From a virus, in the IMG/VR virus record IMGVR_UViG_3300009506_000014, positions 1 to 64,000 of that record: a DNA stretch of 64,000 nt. One strand, written 5' to 3'. Under the pieces are notes generated by a model, which saw only the letters and a list, made by a program, of their open reading frames with translations, did not search any database and had not been told where the DNA came from. The first letter of the stretch is position 1, and each line of letters begins with the position of its first letter. Position numbers and translations under genes: made by a program. Positions 37,480 through 48,163 of this stretch are shown in pieces.

Positions 37480-38891
37480 TTTGTTTCCCTTTCAAAAAGA
37501 CAACTTTTCACAGCCGGATTTCCCACAGTGAGACATCCGGCGACATGGACACAAGCCATAGGGTCGAAGTCTTCCTCTCTCAATACTACCCAATTCAGCC
37601 TGTAAAGTCCAAGTCTTTTTTCCTGCTTTGTTCTATTGATTCCAACCATACCTGTGACATGGGCAAGCTTTCTCTTATCGTTGCTGAAGTGTTTCATGCC
37701 TATGGTCTTTGAAGTGTAGCTTGCTGCATCGGATTGTGTAGCGGTCACAACCAAGCAGTGTAGCTCCTGTGACATCCTACGCATCTGTTTCCAAGTTTCA
37801 TCTATTCTGTCCCGGCCATCGAACCCATAATAATTCATATCAAGAATATCGGCGTAGTCAATAATTATAATATCAGGATGCCAACCATTATTAATCCAGC
37901 CTTGTGACATACTCTTAATCTGATTCACATTGATAGATGAGTTAGGGTGTGTTGATACTTTGAGATAGCTATGCTCTGTCCCCATCTTCCTCTTTTGTAT
38001 GGTCTGCATAGCCTTCCAAGCTTTACGCCATGACAAATATTTTTTACTTATCCGCTCTTCGTGTTTAACCTTGGCTATGCCTTTGCGTGACTCTGGTTGC
38101 TTTATCCTTATGGGATACTCATAGGTTTTCGGCTTGATAGGTTTCTTTGCACTTCGGATGCAGAACCGCTTGACCAATTGACGTTCAGACAGGTCACCCA
38201 CTTCAAAGAACGCCACTCTTCTTTTCTGAAGCATTGCCCTGTATGCAAGGTCAATCAACCACCAAGTCTTTCCTCTTTTCTCCGGGCCTAAGAAAGAAAT
38301 AAAACCGTCACGCTCCAAGGCATGTCCGAAAAACTTTCCAAGTGCCCCCGGATACTGCACAAGGATTTCACTTTGATATTCAAACGCTTCCCGGATGACA
38401 TCGGGATTCTGAAAAAGGTCTATCCCCCTGCCCATTCCGATATCAATTGTTCGGTAAGCTTCTATCTTTTGAATTGCTGTGTCAACTTCCCCATCACTTA
38501 TATCATCTTCGATGTCATCAATCATTCGGCTGAGCTTGACTGAATTGAAGTAATGCCTTGCAATATCAAGAGCATAATCGGCATTGATGTTTTCCTGTAG
38601 CTCTTCGTACTCGTCACTTAACTCACTCAGGAAGCTTGCCAAGTGCTTAATCAAATCCTTATCTTTTTTCTTCAAGCTCCAACGCTCAAATATCTCTTCG
38701 ATTTTTGAGCCGGGGGCTTCATTGTATTTGTTGTAATAACGAACACACCATTGACATATCAGGTTAGCTGCGGTACTCTGAAATAAGTCACGGCTGTAAT
38801 ACGTTGCGATGTTTGACAATACATACTTATCAACAATCATCGCAATTAATACTTTTCTTTCTTTATTGTCAACTTTCTTTTTTATCTTCAT
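37476..38891 (-). CDS. DnaB-like replicative helicase
   Basis: GPEKRGKT, IIIDYADIL, VVTATQ. Confidence 0.9.
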   Translation of the reverse strand: MKIKKKVDNKERKVLIAMIVDKYVLSNIATYYSRDLFQSTAANLICQWCVRYYNKYNEAPGSKIEEIFERWSLKKKDKDLIKHLASFLSELSDEYEELQENINADYALDIARHYFNSVKLSRMIDDIEDDISDGEVDTAIQKIEAYRTIDIGMGRGIDLFQNPDVIREAFEYQSEILVQYPGALGKFFGHALERDGFISFLGPEKRGKTWWLIDLAYRAMLQKRRVAFFEVGDLSERQLVKRFCIRSAKKPIKPKTYEYPIRIKQPESRKGIAKVKHEERISKKYLSWRKAWKAMQTIQKRKMGTEHSYLKVSTHPNSSINVNQIKSMSQGWINNGWHPDIIIIDYADILDMNYYGFDGRDRIDETWKQMRRMSQELHCLVVTATQSDAASYTSKTIGMKHFSNDKRKLAHVTGMVGINRTKQEKRLGLYRLNWVVLREEDFDPMACVHVAGCLTVGNPAVKSCLFERETK

Positions 38892-39044
38892 AAATACCCC
38901 TATAAATACCCCTGTTTTTTAACATCCCTGTAAATAGCCATTAAACCTATACCCAAATATCCTAAAATGAGCCAATTCCAGCCCCACAGAGCCACGAACG
39001 GACTCATTTTAGTACAATGGTAGCCCCTGCCTGATTTTCGGGCC

Positions 39045-40274
39045 TCAGACGGCCTTGTGGAGCTTTTTTTGGTATTGCTTCCAGAGCATTCCATCCCCGG
39101 AATAATCTTCGGATATTTCGGCACATTGTTTTTTGAAATAATCACAATCCACTTTCCATATATATGTTGACAGGTTTCCACTCCATGATTCCCAATTGAT
39201 AATCCGCTTGTGGATATCTGTCAAGTATTGAATTATATATTCCTGCGGTTCATGTAAAGAATCTTCAAGGTGACTGGCAAACATCCGGGTCTGTTTCTTC
39301 AGCTTGTCCTGTAGCTCTGAGTTTGCTTTCAGAAATGCCCGGTAATTCTTAAGAGACTTGGCAACCACTTCAGGCAATTGGCTTGAAGCTCCTTTGGGCC
39401 AAGATAGGTCATCAACTTCTTTCAAGACTATTCTTGCTGTTTTTGTCAACTTGATTTTCTTGACACTTCTTTTCTCTTTGTCGATTCGCATTACATTCTC
39501 AATCATCAGAAACTTGTCCCGGAATGAGATTGCCGAAAAGACATTGGGCACATATCTCTTACCATAATTTTTACACAGCCAGTTCAGGACAGTTTTTATT
39601 CTATCCTTATCAGCACCATCGTCACGGTGAAGCTTCCTGAATTGGCGATGCCACATTTTAATATCTGAGCTTTTGCCGGGACTGATTTTTAACTTGTTGG
39701 CGATGTTGATTCTCTTGTGTAGTCTATTGGCACACTTCCTGTAAAATTTTTCGTTGGACGTCATCACTCTCTCTGTGTCCAACCCTGATGGATTGGACGT
39801 AAGCATTTGTTTATTATTACTATAAGCATTTAAGATACCAGATACCCCTTTGGGTAGTGTATGGCGAATGGGGTATCTGGATTTTTTATGTGAAGAATGC
39901 TGATTTATGTCCTTTGGGACGCGTTTTTGCTCTAATTTTCCAGATACCCCTTTGGGTAGTGTATGGACATAATATTTTACCTTAATATAGTGTCCAATTA
40001 TCCTGTTTTCCGTATCTCTTTTTTTGACATTTTTGATTAGCCCTATATCAATTAATTTCTGCTTGTATTTAGTCACAGTGTCTTTCTTCCATTGCAGTGC
40101 GTTTGAGACATAAGAAGTAGTCACTTTTGGTTGGTTTGTTCTCTGCCAAATAGCAGTATAGTAATAGAAGATATAAAGAGCAATCAAGCGGTCGGGCCTG
40201 TCTTCTTTAAGCAGTATATCCATTGTGGCCTTTGGCAATACAATCGGTCTAAATTCTATGTCATCCGTGACCAT
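39045..40274 (-). CDS. Putative replication initiator
   Basis: N-terminal winged-helix-like region, internal DNA repeats, upstream of helicase. Confidence 0.65.
   Translation of the reverse strand: MVTDDIEFRPIVLPKATMDILLKEDRPDRLIALYIFYYYTAIWQRTNQPKVTTSYVSNALQWKKDTVTKYKQKLIDIGLIKNVKKRDTENRIIGHYIKVKYYVHTLPKGVSGKLEQKRVPKDINQHSSHKKSRYPIRHTLPKGVSGILNAYSNNKQMLTSNPSGLDTERVMTSNEKFYRKCANRLHKRINIANKLKISPGKSSDIKMWHRQFRKLHRDDGADKDRIKTVLNWLCKNYGKRYVPNVFSAISFRDKFLMIENVMRIDKEKRSVKKIKLTKTARIVLKEVDDLSWPKGASSQLPEVVAKSLKNYRAFLKANSELQDKLKKQTRMFASHLEDSLHEPQEYIIQYLTDIHKRIINWESWSGNLSTYIWKVDCDYFKKQCAEISEDYSGDGMLWKQYQKKLHKAV
39838..39966. repeat. Iteron-like repeats (candidate origin)
   Basis: 27-bp direct repeat ccagatacccctttgggtagtgtatgg at 39838-39864 and 39940-39966; inverted ggggtatctgg at 39870-39880. 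Confidence 0.7.
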
Positions 40275-40283
40275 GAATAACTC

Positions 40284-40724
40284 CTAAATACCTAAATTTT
40301 CTGTCTCTATCACTGGTGGATATGTTGGATTTTCAATACATAGATTTATCATCCAATCAATATTATTCATTCTGTATTTTGGTAATTCATTGATACTAAA
40401 AATAGCAGTAATCTGTTTTGTGTCTTTTTTTGTCAGGATAGAAAATGTCTGTAATGAAGTTGAAAAGATAAAAACAGTACCTCCGGGACAAATCATAGTC
40501 ATTTGGTGTTTCCAATTAAAATATTTTCCAAATCCTATTTCCTCTTCTGATTCTCTTTTCATTGCTTCATGTGGTGTCTCTTCTTCTTCAATGTGACCAC
40601 CAATACCATTCCATCGGTTTTGCATCCAAGGGCATGATGCTTGTTGAAGTAAAACTTTTTTATTGTTTTTATCAAATAAAAATCCTAATACGTAATGCTC
40701 TCTTCTCATGGTGACTCCTTTCAA
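40284..40724 (-). CDS. Nudix hydrolase
   Basis: GGHIEEEETPHEAMKRESEEEIG Nudix box. Confidence 0.9.
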   Translation of the reverse strand: MKGVTMRREHYVLGFLFDKNNKKVLLQQASCPWMQNRWNGIGGHIEEEETPHEAMKRESEEEIGFGKYFNWKHQMTMICPGGTVFIFSTSLQTFSILTKKDTKQITAIFSINELPKYRMNNIDWMINLCIENPTYPPVIETENLGI

Positions 40725-40735
40725 TTTATAGATTC

Positions 40736-41083
40736 CTAATGTACTAAGAATCTTGCATTTTCTATATTATGCTCTATGGCATATTTGGCAAACTCCATCA
40801 AAGTTTTTATTGCCCTCTTGACATTACCCTCAGTTGGATTCCAGTAATCACTTCTATCAACATCGTCAATCAATGTATCATATACCATCTTTAATATTGT
40901 GTGACCTTGCTGTGCTGTCAATCCATTAAGCTGTTTGAAATCAAAATGAATAGCATAATTATATGTCACATTAAGCTCAGCCATTTTATGACCACCAACT
41001 ACCTGTGTCCCACCTTCCTGTCTAATTACATCTGTCTCAATTACTTTTTCCGTATTATTGACTAAGCGTATCCACCAACTCAT
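40736..41083 (-). CDS. Hypothetical protein
   Basis: LNVTYNY…YWNPTEGN pattern; RBS GGAG. Confidence 0.6.
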   Translation of the reverse strand: MSWWIRLVNNTEKVIETDVIRQEGGTQVVGGHKMAELNVTYNYAIHFDFKQLNGLTAQQGHTILKMVYDTLIDDVDRSDYWNPTEGNVKRAIKTLMEFAKYAIEHNIENARFLVH

Positions 41084-41099
41084 GTCATTCTCCTTCCTC

Positions 41100-41978
41100 T
41101 TATAAGTGAAGTAATTTTTTTATTCTGTTTATTTCTTTGTGACTTGCAGAGCCTAAGTCTTTTGAGTCAAGTTCTATGTTATATGTTTCCCCCCGTCTTT
41201 CACTAAGCATACCAAAGAGCTTTGCAGCCATTTTCTGACTTTCTCTGTCACTATCAAAACATATAGCTCTGATAGGATAGTGTGTCATTCGGTTTACCTG
41301 TCCAATCGTCAAGGCAATACCAAAAGTAGCAACAGCCCCCGGCCCGAAACGCCATACATCAATCGGCCCTTCAGTTATGAGTATAGCGTGACGTGCTGCA
41401 TCTTCATTGTAAAGTAAGGTCTTGTGCCTTATCAATTCCTGTTCAGGCTTTGCACTGATATACCGTGACCAATTATCTTCAAGGATGGAACGGCTTGTCC
41501 ATGATACGATTACACCCTGTGATATTATGGGAATGAATAAACTCTGTGACGTTTTCTCATTTGTTTTCTTGATACCCTGAACCTCATACAATTCAGATAT
41601 TATCTTTGGCTTCAGGTCACGTGACCTGATATAATCCTTATGTGATTTTCTTAGGGGGCAAACACCTTTAGGATATAAAAGCTTTGTCCCGGTAAGCTTT
41701 TGTTCAGGTATCCGCCTCACTTTGTCAAGTTGTTTAATCATCGCATAGCATTCCCTCGGTGACATTTGGGTGTGGGCAACCAAGGCATCTACAATAGAGT
41801 GCCTGCCACAATGCCAGCAATGAACAAAGTGACCACTAATTGAATATCCCATGTGATACTTCTTTGTTCCAAGCCCACAAAAGGGACAATCGAATTGAAT
41901 CCATCCCGGCGTTGTATGATGGTGACCTTCCGGGGCTGTTTCAATATTAATTTGGGTTAGTAGTTCCTTGAAATTCAT
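41100..41978 (-). CDS. DNA primase
   Basis: CPFCG…CWHCG zinc finger; TOPRIM ITEGPID and FDSD. Confidence 0.85.
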   Translation of the reverse strand: MNFKELLTQINIETAPEGHHHTTPGWIQFDCPFCGLGTKKYHMGYSISGHFVHCWHCGRHSIVDALVAHTQMSPRECYAMIKQLDKVRRIPEQKLTGTKLLYPKGVCPLRKSHKDYIRSRDLKPKIISELYEVQGIKKTNEKTSQSLFIPIISQGVIVSWTSRSILEDNWSRYISAKPEQELIRHKTLLYNEDAARHAILITEGPIDVWRFGPGAVATFGIALTIGQVNRMTHYPIRAICFDSDRESQKMAAKLFGMLSERRGETYNIELDSKDLGSASHKEINRIKKLLHL

Positions 41979-42270
41979 TTTTAATCCTTGTCAATGTATG
42001 TATTCTGCTTTCACTATTCTCTCTCTCTTCTATAAGCAAGGCAAGTATTAATTTCAAGGTTTCTATGTCCCCGGATGCCGATGCTTGAAATGTACTTTGT
42101 TTGACATTTATAACAACTGAGCAGCAATCCTCTATAAGAGCATAGGCGTCCTCTTTTAAGGGACAGCGTCTTGCCAAACCTAAAGTCTGGTTTTTCATTA
42201 TGTTTATTTCATTCAGTATGTCTCTTACTAATTCATTAATCAATTTTTTCTGTTTATCATTCGAGTACAT
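41947..42270 (-). CDS. Hypothetical protein
   Basis: 107-aa ORF overlapping both neighbours. Confidence 0.5.
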   Translation of the reverse strand: MYSNDKQKKLINELVRDILNEINIMKNQTLGLARRCPLKEDAYALIEDCCSVVINVKQSTFQASASGDIETLKLILALLIEERENSESRIHTLTRIKNEFQGTTNPN

Positions 42271-43256
42271 TTTGTTTCTCCTGTCACTTTTATTTTTTTT
42301 TCTATTCTCTTCTTGGTTATCTTAACCAAGTCACTTTGTTTTAAGGGTAGTTGTGTATCCTCTTCAGGAATGCCGATGAATTTGAGTACATCTTTTATCT
42401 TCAATGTCTCCATGCAGTATTTGTAGAGTTTTGGATGGGTGAATTTCATAAGGTCAAATCTATTAGGTCGATTTTCCAAGTGAATTCCAAAACAACAGAA
42501 AATACATCCAGTATGATTGACACCTGTGTCATATACTGAACAATAAGGGACATTAAATTCTTTTATATAATCAAGAATATCTTCACTTCTCCAAAAGGCT
42601 AATGGTGTGCATCTTGGTATGGGTAGGTGACTTTGATAACATCCATTCTCCATATATTCTTTCATTCTTTTATTGCTGTCACAAGCCATAGTTCCTACAT
42701 AACTTGCTCGTTTTGTTTCTTTATAGAATTTTAGAACAGGAGCAATCTTAAGAACGTGACAGCACCGCTCTGAAATTTTGAACGGAGAATCAATCATATA
42801 TCTCCATTTTTCGGGAAGCTTACCAAACGAACCACGTTCGTCACCATATAGTGTTTTGTTCCTGTGTTTTTCGCTTGTGCCGGGACTCTTTAAGCGTCTG
42901 AGAAGGCTCGCCACCATTTTGCTTATAACAGGGTAGCCATGTTTTTCAATAACTTGTTTGAATGACATCTTTGGACGAAGAGTAATTACATTATCAATAG
43001 TCTTTACAAACTTTGTTATTTCAGGATATTCTAAACCAGTGTTGACAAATACTGCTGGGACATCTGGAAATAATTCTCTCACAAGGTTTAGTAAAACAGT
43101 TGAATCCCTTCCACCTGAGAATGCAACATATACATTGCCATTATATTTTTTATACCAATGTATAATACGATTGTGACTCATTTTGATTTTCAATTCCAAT
43201 GGATAATTCTGACGCTGACGCAAAGTATCATTATTGACTTTCAATTCCTTAGCCAT
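42240..43256 (-). CDS. PAPS-reductase-family (PP-loop) protein
   Basis: AFSGGRDSTVL, NTGLEYPE, RCCHVLK, TGCIFC. Confidence 0.88.
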   Translation of the reverse strand: MAKELKVNNDTLRQRQNYPLELKIKMSHNRIIHWYKKYNGNVYVAFSGGRDSTVLLNLVRELFPDVPAVFVNTGLEYPEITKFVKTIDNVITLRPKMSFKQVIEKHGYPVISKMVASLLRRLKSPGTSEKHRNKTLYGDERGSFGKLPEKWRYMIDSPFKISERCCHVLKIAPVLKFYKETKRASYVGTMACDSNKRMKEYMENGCYQSHLPIPRCTPLAFWRSEDILDYIKEFNVPYCSVYDTGVNHTGCIFCCFGIHLENRPNRFDLMKFTHPKLYKYCMETLKIKDVLKFIGIPEEDTQLPLKQSDLVKITKKRIEKKIKVTGETKCTRMINRKN

Positions 43257-43462
43257 ATAAAGCTCCTTCTTTTTATAATGTCCATCCTTGTTTTGTCTCT
43301 ATCCTTCAGAGCAGCTATTCATAAAATTCTCAATGACTTCTTTCATTGATTTGTTTCGTTTTGCACAGTGGGCTTTGAAATGATTTTTGACTTCCGTTTT
43401 AACACCCCGGATATAGATTGTGCTTGTTCTGTGTCTCTTAGGTATCTTTGTTCTTCGCATTG

Positions 43463-44842
43463 TTATGTCCCTTTCAGTATTTCTTCTTCAAGTTTATTCC
43501 ATAGATTGAATTGCTGTGACTTTCTGATTTGTTTGCCATCCATTATGGCTTGGATGATTTTTTGTTTTTTATGTAAGAGCTTGCAGAGCTTGACTTCGAT
43601 TGTATCGAATGCAACAAGATAGAAGATGTCAACATTATAATTCTGTGTGATTCTGTGAATCCGGTCTTCAGCTTGAAGATGGTGTCCCGGAACGAAGTCA
43701 AGCTCAGCGAATGCAAGATTGTTGGAGCGTGTCAAGGTTATTACTGTCCCGGCGGCTTTAATATTGCCAAAGAAATATTTGGTCTTTTTGTCACTTTGGA
43801 ATTGGTCAACAATCTTTTTGCGTTTCTTCGATGGAGTAGAGCCATCAAGCAGAACGGCATTCTTTTTGAAGTGACGGTATAAAGGTTGCAACATGACTTT
43901 TCTATGTATGCCAAAAATGACAAGTTTCTCATTTGGATTTTGTTCACTGAATTGCTCAATCCATTTTATGATTGACTTCAACTTTCCTTTGGCTGTGAGT
44001 CTCCGTAGATATCCAAGCTGTGTAATCTTTTCGGCCTTCTTCGCTCTTCTTGCTTTATCGGGTGACTCTGATTTTAGCCAACTAATGAAGTCTCTTGCTG
44101 CTTTGTTATAGGTTGCTCTGTTGTCGATGTCAAGCGGAATAACGTGACGTACTTTTGGTGGTAGCTCGTGAAGCACTTCTGTTTTTGTACGGCGTATGCC
44201 TACGTATTGAGTAAAGAGCCTGTGGAGTTTCTTGGTGTGTGATGCACCTGAGTAATCCCATCCCCAAGGTTTAAGTCTCGGCTTGCAGAATTCCCAAGCA
44301 AAGGAATTGAAACTTGGGAACAGGTCGGGACGTACCAAGTTAAAAGCGGTAAATAATTCTGAAGGTCGATTGACCATAGGTGTCCCGCTGGTTGGTAGTA
44401 TGTTATCATAATCGTGGTGATTGACAAGTCTGCGTACCGCTCGTGTTCTGCCTGTCCCTCTATTCTTGATGTATTGGCATTCATCGAGAATAAGTGACTT
44501 AACATTTTTGAGCTTCTTCAATTCAACAGTCCAATATTTGAGTATATCGTAATTGATAATTAAAAGGTCAGGTATGTATGTCAATAGGTTCTTAAGTCTC
44601 TCTGGTTTTCTTCCATAGAAAATCTGTGAAGTTAGTTTGGCGTGGTCACGGCCTACGCTTTCCCATACATGCTTTGCTGTAGCAGGACACACCACTAAAG
44701 CAGGAAGTTCTTTTGGATGTCTTTTGAGCCAGTCGATAACTTCGACAGTCTTGCCCAAACCCATGTCGTCACCGATAAGGGCTGTACCTTGAAAATGAGT
44801 AATACACCGAACACATTTTTTTTGGAAATCATATAATTTCAT
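43463..44842 (-). CDS. SNF2-family helicase
   Basis: GDDMGLGKT, LDECQ, SGTP, QAEDRIHR. Confidence 0.92.
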   Translation of the reverse strand: MKLYDFQKKCVRCITHFQGTALIGDDMGLGKTVEVIDWLKRHPKELPALVVCPATAKHVWESVGRDHAKLTSQIFYGRKPERLKNLLTYIPDLLIINYDILKYWTVELKKLKNVKSLILDECQYIKNRGTGRTRAVRRLVNHHDYDNILPTSGTPMVNRPSELFTAFNLVRPDLFPSFNSFAWEFCKPRLKPWGWDYSGASHTKKLHRLFTQYVGIRRTKTEVLHELPPKVRHVIPLDIDNRATYNKAARDFISWLKSESPDKARRAKKAEKITQLGYLRRLTAKGKLKSIIKWIEQFSEQNPNEKLVIFGIHRKVMLQPLYRHFKKNAVLLDGSTPSKKRKKIVDQFQSDKKTKYFFGNIKAAGTVITLTRSNNLAFAELDFVPGHHLQAEDRIHRITQNYNVDIFYLVAFDTIEVKLCKLLHKKQKIIQAIMDGKQIRKSQQFNLWNKLEEEILKGT

Positions 44843-45341
44843 TTGTCACCGTCTTACTTAACGAGTCCATGTTTTTATTGATTTTGCGTCTGCCCCATCC
44901 TTGGGCAAGTAAGTGTGACCTAATTCCGGTCTTTGAAAGTGTTTTTATATCCCCCGGTGTTTCAAGTATAAGTTGGATAATCGTTTTACAGTCATTGTTC
45001 AATTCATCCATCAATTCCATTATACGACTGTGCTTTGTTGTTGTCTTTCTTTCTTGTGTGTGTATAAGCTCTAATTCCTTCCGCTTCTTTTCTTTTCGAT
45101 ATAGGTCACGTAGAGCTTGTGTGACACATCTGTGAAGATAAGTTGTGAATGCCCCTCTTTTGGGATTGTATTTATTTGACTTAATGACTTTGAAAAAAGT
45201 TAGGTTGGCTTCGGCTATTAAATCATCAATGTCAATGTCGCCCGGAATAAATGACCAAGCTATCTGTTTTAGCATTGATTCATAATTGTGATATAATGTT
45301 AAAGTTTTAGTTTGTGACTTCATATCTTTCTGCTCCATCAA
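44829..45341 (-). CDS. Sigma-70 region-2-like transcription factor
   Basis: DIDDLIAEANLTFFK…YNPKRGAFTTYL…LRDLYRK. Confidence 0.75.
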   Translation of the reverse strand: MMEQKDMKSQTKTLTLYHNYESMLKQIAWSFIPGDIDIDDLIAEANLTFFKVIKSNKYNPKRGAFTTYLHRCVTQALRDLYRKEKKRKELELIHTQERKTTTKHSRIMELMDELNNDCKTIIQLILETPGDIKTLSKTGIRSHLLAQGWGRRKINKNMDSLSKTVTNEII

Positions 45342-45483
45342 AAATAATATAAGGCTTAGAAATATGTACTATGTTATATTGTTTAGCTTTGTATGCAAGA
45401 GAAAAATTTTGGATTTGAAGTTTTTTTAATTCGTTTGCTCAAAAGATTTTAAGAAATCCAAACAAAGTGACAGCTTAATTTTT

Positions 45484-46227
45484 TTATTGAGGGACATTAA
45501 TCGGCATAAGCTGTCCAAACCTAAAAAGGTTATCCATCTGAAGCATTGGATTTCGATTTCTGATTTGATAAGCATATAGACAACAAAGTTGATAGGCGGA
45601 AAACATACCGCCCCGGTTTTCTTTTTCACAAGCTTTGTATATATCTCTTATGTCATTCCAAGTAATGAGTCTTGGTATAGTGGATGCGTGTAATAATATA
45701 GTTTCTATTCTATTTGAGATATCTGTATCGTAGAATTTACGAGAAGTATCAAAGACACGTGACAGCATAATTCTTATGGTGTTCACTCTGTCATTTATTT
45801 CTTCTTTAGTATCCTGTCCTTTAGTGTGTTTCATCTTTTCAAGTCTATAGAATACCAAGCCCAAGCCTTCAGGTAGGCAGAGACTAACATCATCTGTGGT
45901 TCTTACACCAACATAGAAAGATGTACTTCTCTTCATGGAATTGTTTGTTGTCAATCCCAATGAGAAATGTTCACTTGGTCGTGACGCTCGTTTTGCAGCA
46001 AATGACCAAGAGCCTGTGAAGCTTTGTCCTGTATCATCAACACAAAATACCGTATCCAATACTGCCCAATTTATGTCATTAATACAATCTGTGACAGTTT
46101 GGGCAAGTTTTGAATGCTTAATGCCCTGCCAATACTTTCCGGCGTTTGTTGGTTTTGTAAGTTTGATTGATTGAAGGTCGCTGATATTGTCAAAGACCTT
46201 ATATTTTTTTGATTCAATAAATAACAT
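45484..46227 (-). CDS. Hypothetical protein (possibly DUF932-like)
   Basis: 247 aa with AAGGAG RBS; weak motif resemblance only. Confidence 0.5.
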   Translation of the reverse strand: MLFIESKKYKVFDNISDLQSIKLTKPTNAGKYWQGIKHSKLAQTVTDCINDINWAVLDTVFCVDDTGQSFTGSWSFAAKRASRPSEHFSLGLTTNNSMKRSTSFYVGVRTTDDVSLCLPEGLGLVFYRLEKMKHTKGQDTKEEINDRVNTIRIMLSRVFDTSRKFYDTDISNRIETILLHASTIPRLITWNDIRDIYKACEKENRGGMFSAYQLCCLYAYQIRNRNPMLQMDNLFRFGQLMPINVPQ

Positions 46228-46380
46228 GATTGACTCCTTAAATAAAAATGGGGTGGGACTAATTATGCTTTGTGACCTGTTAGCGAGATTAAGTAACTAA
46301 GCGGATACTTCGGATTGAAGCGTAGAAGGTTACAGGTCACTTCACATAAGAAGGGGGATGTCCCACCCGGTTGAAATGCT

Positions 46381-46632
46381 TTATGATTTTTGTCTTCTTA
46401 ATTCTGTGACGTAGGCTTGAGACACAATGGTGAATTTGGAAGCGGAGACATCAACAAGCTCTCCTGTGTCCCATAATCTGATAATGTATCTGATGAAATT
46501 ATCATTGGTAAGAAGCACCCCGGCAATCTCTCCAGTGACCATATCTTCACCGGCAATCTCTCCAGTGACCATATCTTCACCTTTGAAAAGGACATTCTCA
46601 CCTAACAGTTTCGTTTGGATTGATTGTGACAT
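46381..46632 (-). CDS. Hypothetical protein with 10-aa tandem duplication
   Basis: Start ATG 46632 after AGGAG; GEDMVTGEIA twice. Confidence 0.55.
   Translation of the reverse strand: MSQSIQTKLLGENVLFKGEDMVTGEIAGEDMVTGEIAGVLLTNDNFIRYIIRLWDTGELVDVSASKFTIVSQAYVTELRRQKS
46521..46580. repeat. Perfect 30-bp tandem duplication
   Basis: cggcaatctctccagtgaccatatcttcac twice. Confidence 0.95.
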
Positions 46633-46870
46633 TTTTTCTCCTTTTCTTTTCTCTTTGCTTTGCGGCATGTTCAGCTTTAAGAGCTTGCCAATATAAAGCA
46701 TCGGTTGTCAATACGTATTCTTTTTTACAGCCCTTTGCACGAAAAGCTATTATATTGGGACGCCTTAGAGTGACAATCACGTTCCTGAGCTTCCCTGCTT
46801 CACGCACAAATCCATAGGTAATGCGTGTGACGTCATTCCTCAGAGCGGTCGCCATCTTCATCCTTTCCAA
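46598..46870 (-). CDS. Hypothetical basic protein
   Basis: ORF in early operon. Confidence 0.5.
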   Translation of the reverse strand: MERMKMATALRNDVTRITYGFVREAGKLRNVIVTLRRPNIIAFRAKGCKKEYVLTTDALYWQALKAEHAAKQREKKRRKNVTINPNETVR

Positions 46871-47159
46871 TGAGTTTGTAAATTAATGTTGCTGCATAGT
46901 CACCGTAATTCTTTTTAATAAAATCATGCAGACTTAGTATCTGTTCCGGGTTAATCCACTTATCAAAAGCTACAATGTCAAAACCTGTCAGATTTCCAGT
47001 CCAGAAGTCACTTAATGGTCTTTTGAAGTATCGTTGGAATGATTCGTGACAGGTTAAATATCTGTGACGTTCCCGGTATGCAAAGTCAACAACTGTTTTA
47101 CAATCTTTAAGTTTTTTAGGCTTGCTTAATTTAGCCATAGGTGACACCTTTCTGCCCAA
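46833..47159 (-). CDS. Hypothetical protein
   Basis: ORF in early operon. Confidence 0.5.
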   Translation of the reverse strand: MGRKVSPMAKLSKPKKLKDCKTVVDFAYRERHRYLTCHESFQRYFKRPLSDFWTGNLTGFDIVAFDKWINPEQILSLHDFIKKNYGDYAATLIYKLIGKDEDGDRSEE

Positions 47160-47421
47160 GTAGTTTTTGGGCTAATGAGATTTTTATATTTGGTGGAAGT
47201 GACGCAAAATCATAACACCTACCTTTGGCATAGGCACGTGCTGATATACAACAGCCGTCACCGATAGGAACAATTCCTGCTAATGCACAGGAAGCTGTCC
47301 CGGCCTTGAATGATAGACCGGGACAGATATTATGCTTACCATATTGAGCTATGCCTATAGGGCACATTGCACTAAGGCAGCAATAGCCACAGCGACAGCA
47401 TGGGAATGGATAGGTGGTCAT
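47131..47421 (-). CDS. Small Cys-rich (Zn/Fe-S, YkgJ-like) protein
   Basis: CCRCGYCC…CP…CP…C…GCC. Confidence 0.55.
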   Translation of the reverse strand: MTTYPFPCCRCGYCCLSAMCPIGIAQYGKHNICPGLSFKAGTASCALAGIVPIGDGCCISARAYAKGRCYDFASLPPNIKISLAQKLLGQKGVTYG

Positions 47422-47472
47422 TATGTCCCTTTCTATATGGGGTTAGGCTGGTAGCCTGAGTCACTAATAATT

Positions 47473-48129
47473 CTAAGATTCGCACAAAGGTTTTCGATAT
47501 TGTAAAGGTACATGATTTTTAATCCATGTTTTAAGCTGTTTGAAATGCTCTTGCTGTCTGTGTTTAATGTCCCAGTCTATTGTGTCGCGTGCGGCCTCTA
47601 ATAGTCCAGATTCTTTATGGTCATAGCCATAAAAGCCCCAACAGCTATCGCCCTCGTTTCCATCTGGACATTCTATTGTATACCCATAAACCGAACCGGA
47701 TAAATAATCGTTGTAAAGCTGGACATTGTTTTCAGCCGATTCGATAAGTCTTTGACGGATTTTCTTAGTGAAGTAAGACTTGCCGTAAAATTCTTTTAAC
47801 CATTGCCGGTCTATTAAAATATATCCCACTTGTCCAGAATCCCAGGGACAATTAAAAGGATATTCACGGCCAAGACTTAAAGCAATGCCAGAATGGTCAT
47901 ACATGAACAAAGGCAATAAAATACTATTTGTCTCTTTGGCATATTTTTGACATTCTTCGGGTGAACCGTGACCATTGCCGAATCGTTTGGAATTGCCAAG
48001 GTCATAGCGTGTATGCCAACAGCAAAATTCATGGTTGCCGTCCCATTCTGTTAAGGGATTGCAAGGACTCATATCTGGATGAATATTGATTGTGTAGTTT
48101 TTGTATTCGATTGTTTCGTATGTTTCCAT
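47473..48129 (-). CDS. Hypothetical early protein
   Basis: PLFMYDHSG…WDSGQVG…YLSGSVYGY…SCWGFYG pattern recurrent in phage/ICE early genes. Confidence 0.7.
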   Translation of the reverse strand: METYETIEYKNYTINIHPDMSPCNPLTEWDGNHEFCCWHTRYDLGNSKRFGNGHGSPEECQKYAKETNSILLPLFMYDHSGIALSLGREYPFNCPWDSGQVGYILIDRQWLKEFYGKSYFTKKIRQRLIESAENNVQLYNDYLSGSVYGYTIECPDGNEGDSCWGFYGYDHKESGLLEAARDTIDWDIKHRQQEHFKQLKTWIKNHVPLQYRKPLCES

Positions 48130-48163
48130 GATTTATCGTACCTTTCTGTCACTATAGTTGTGA

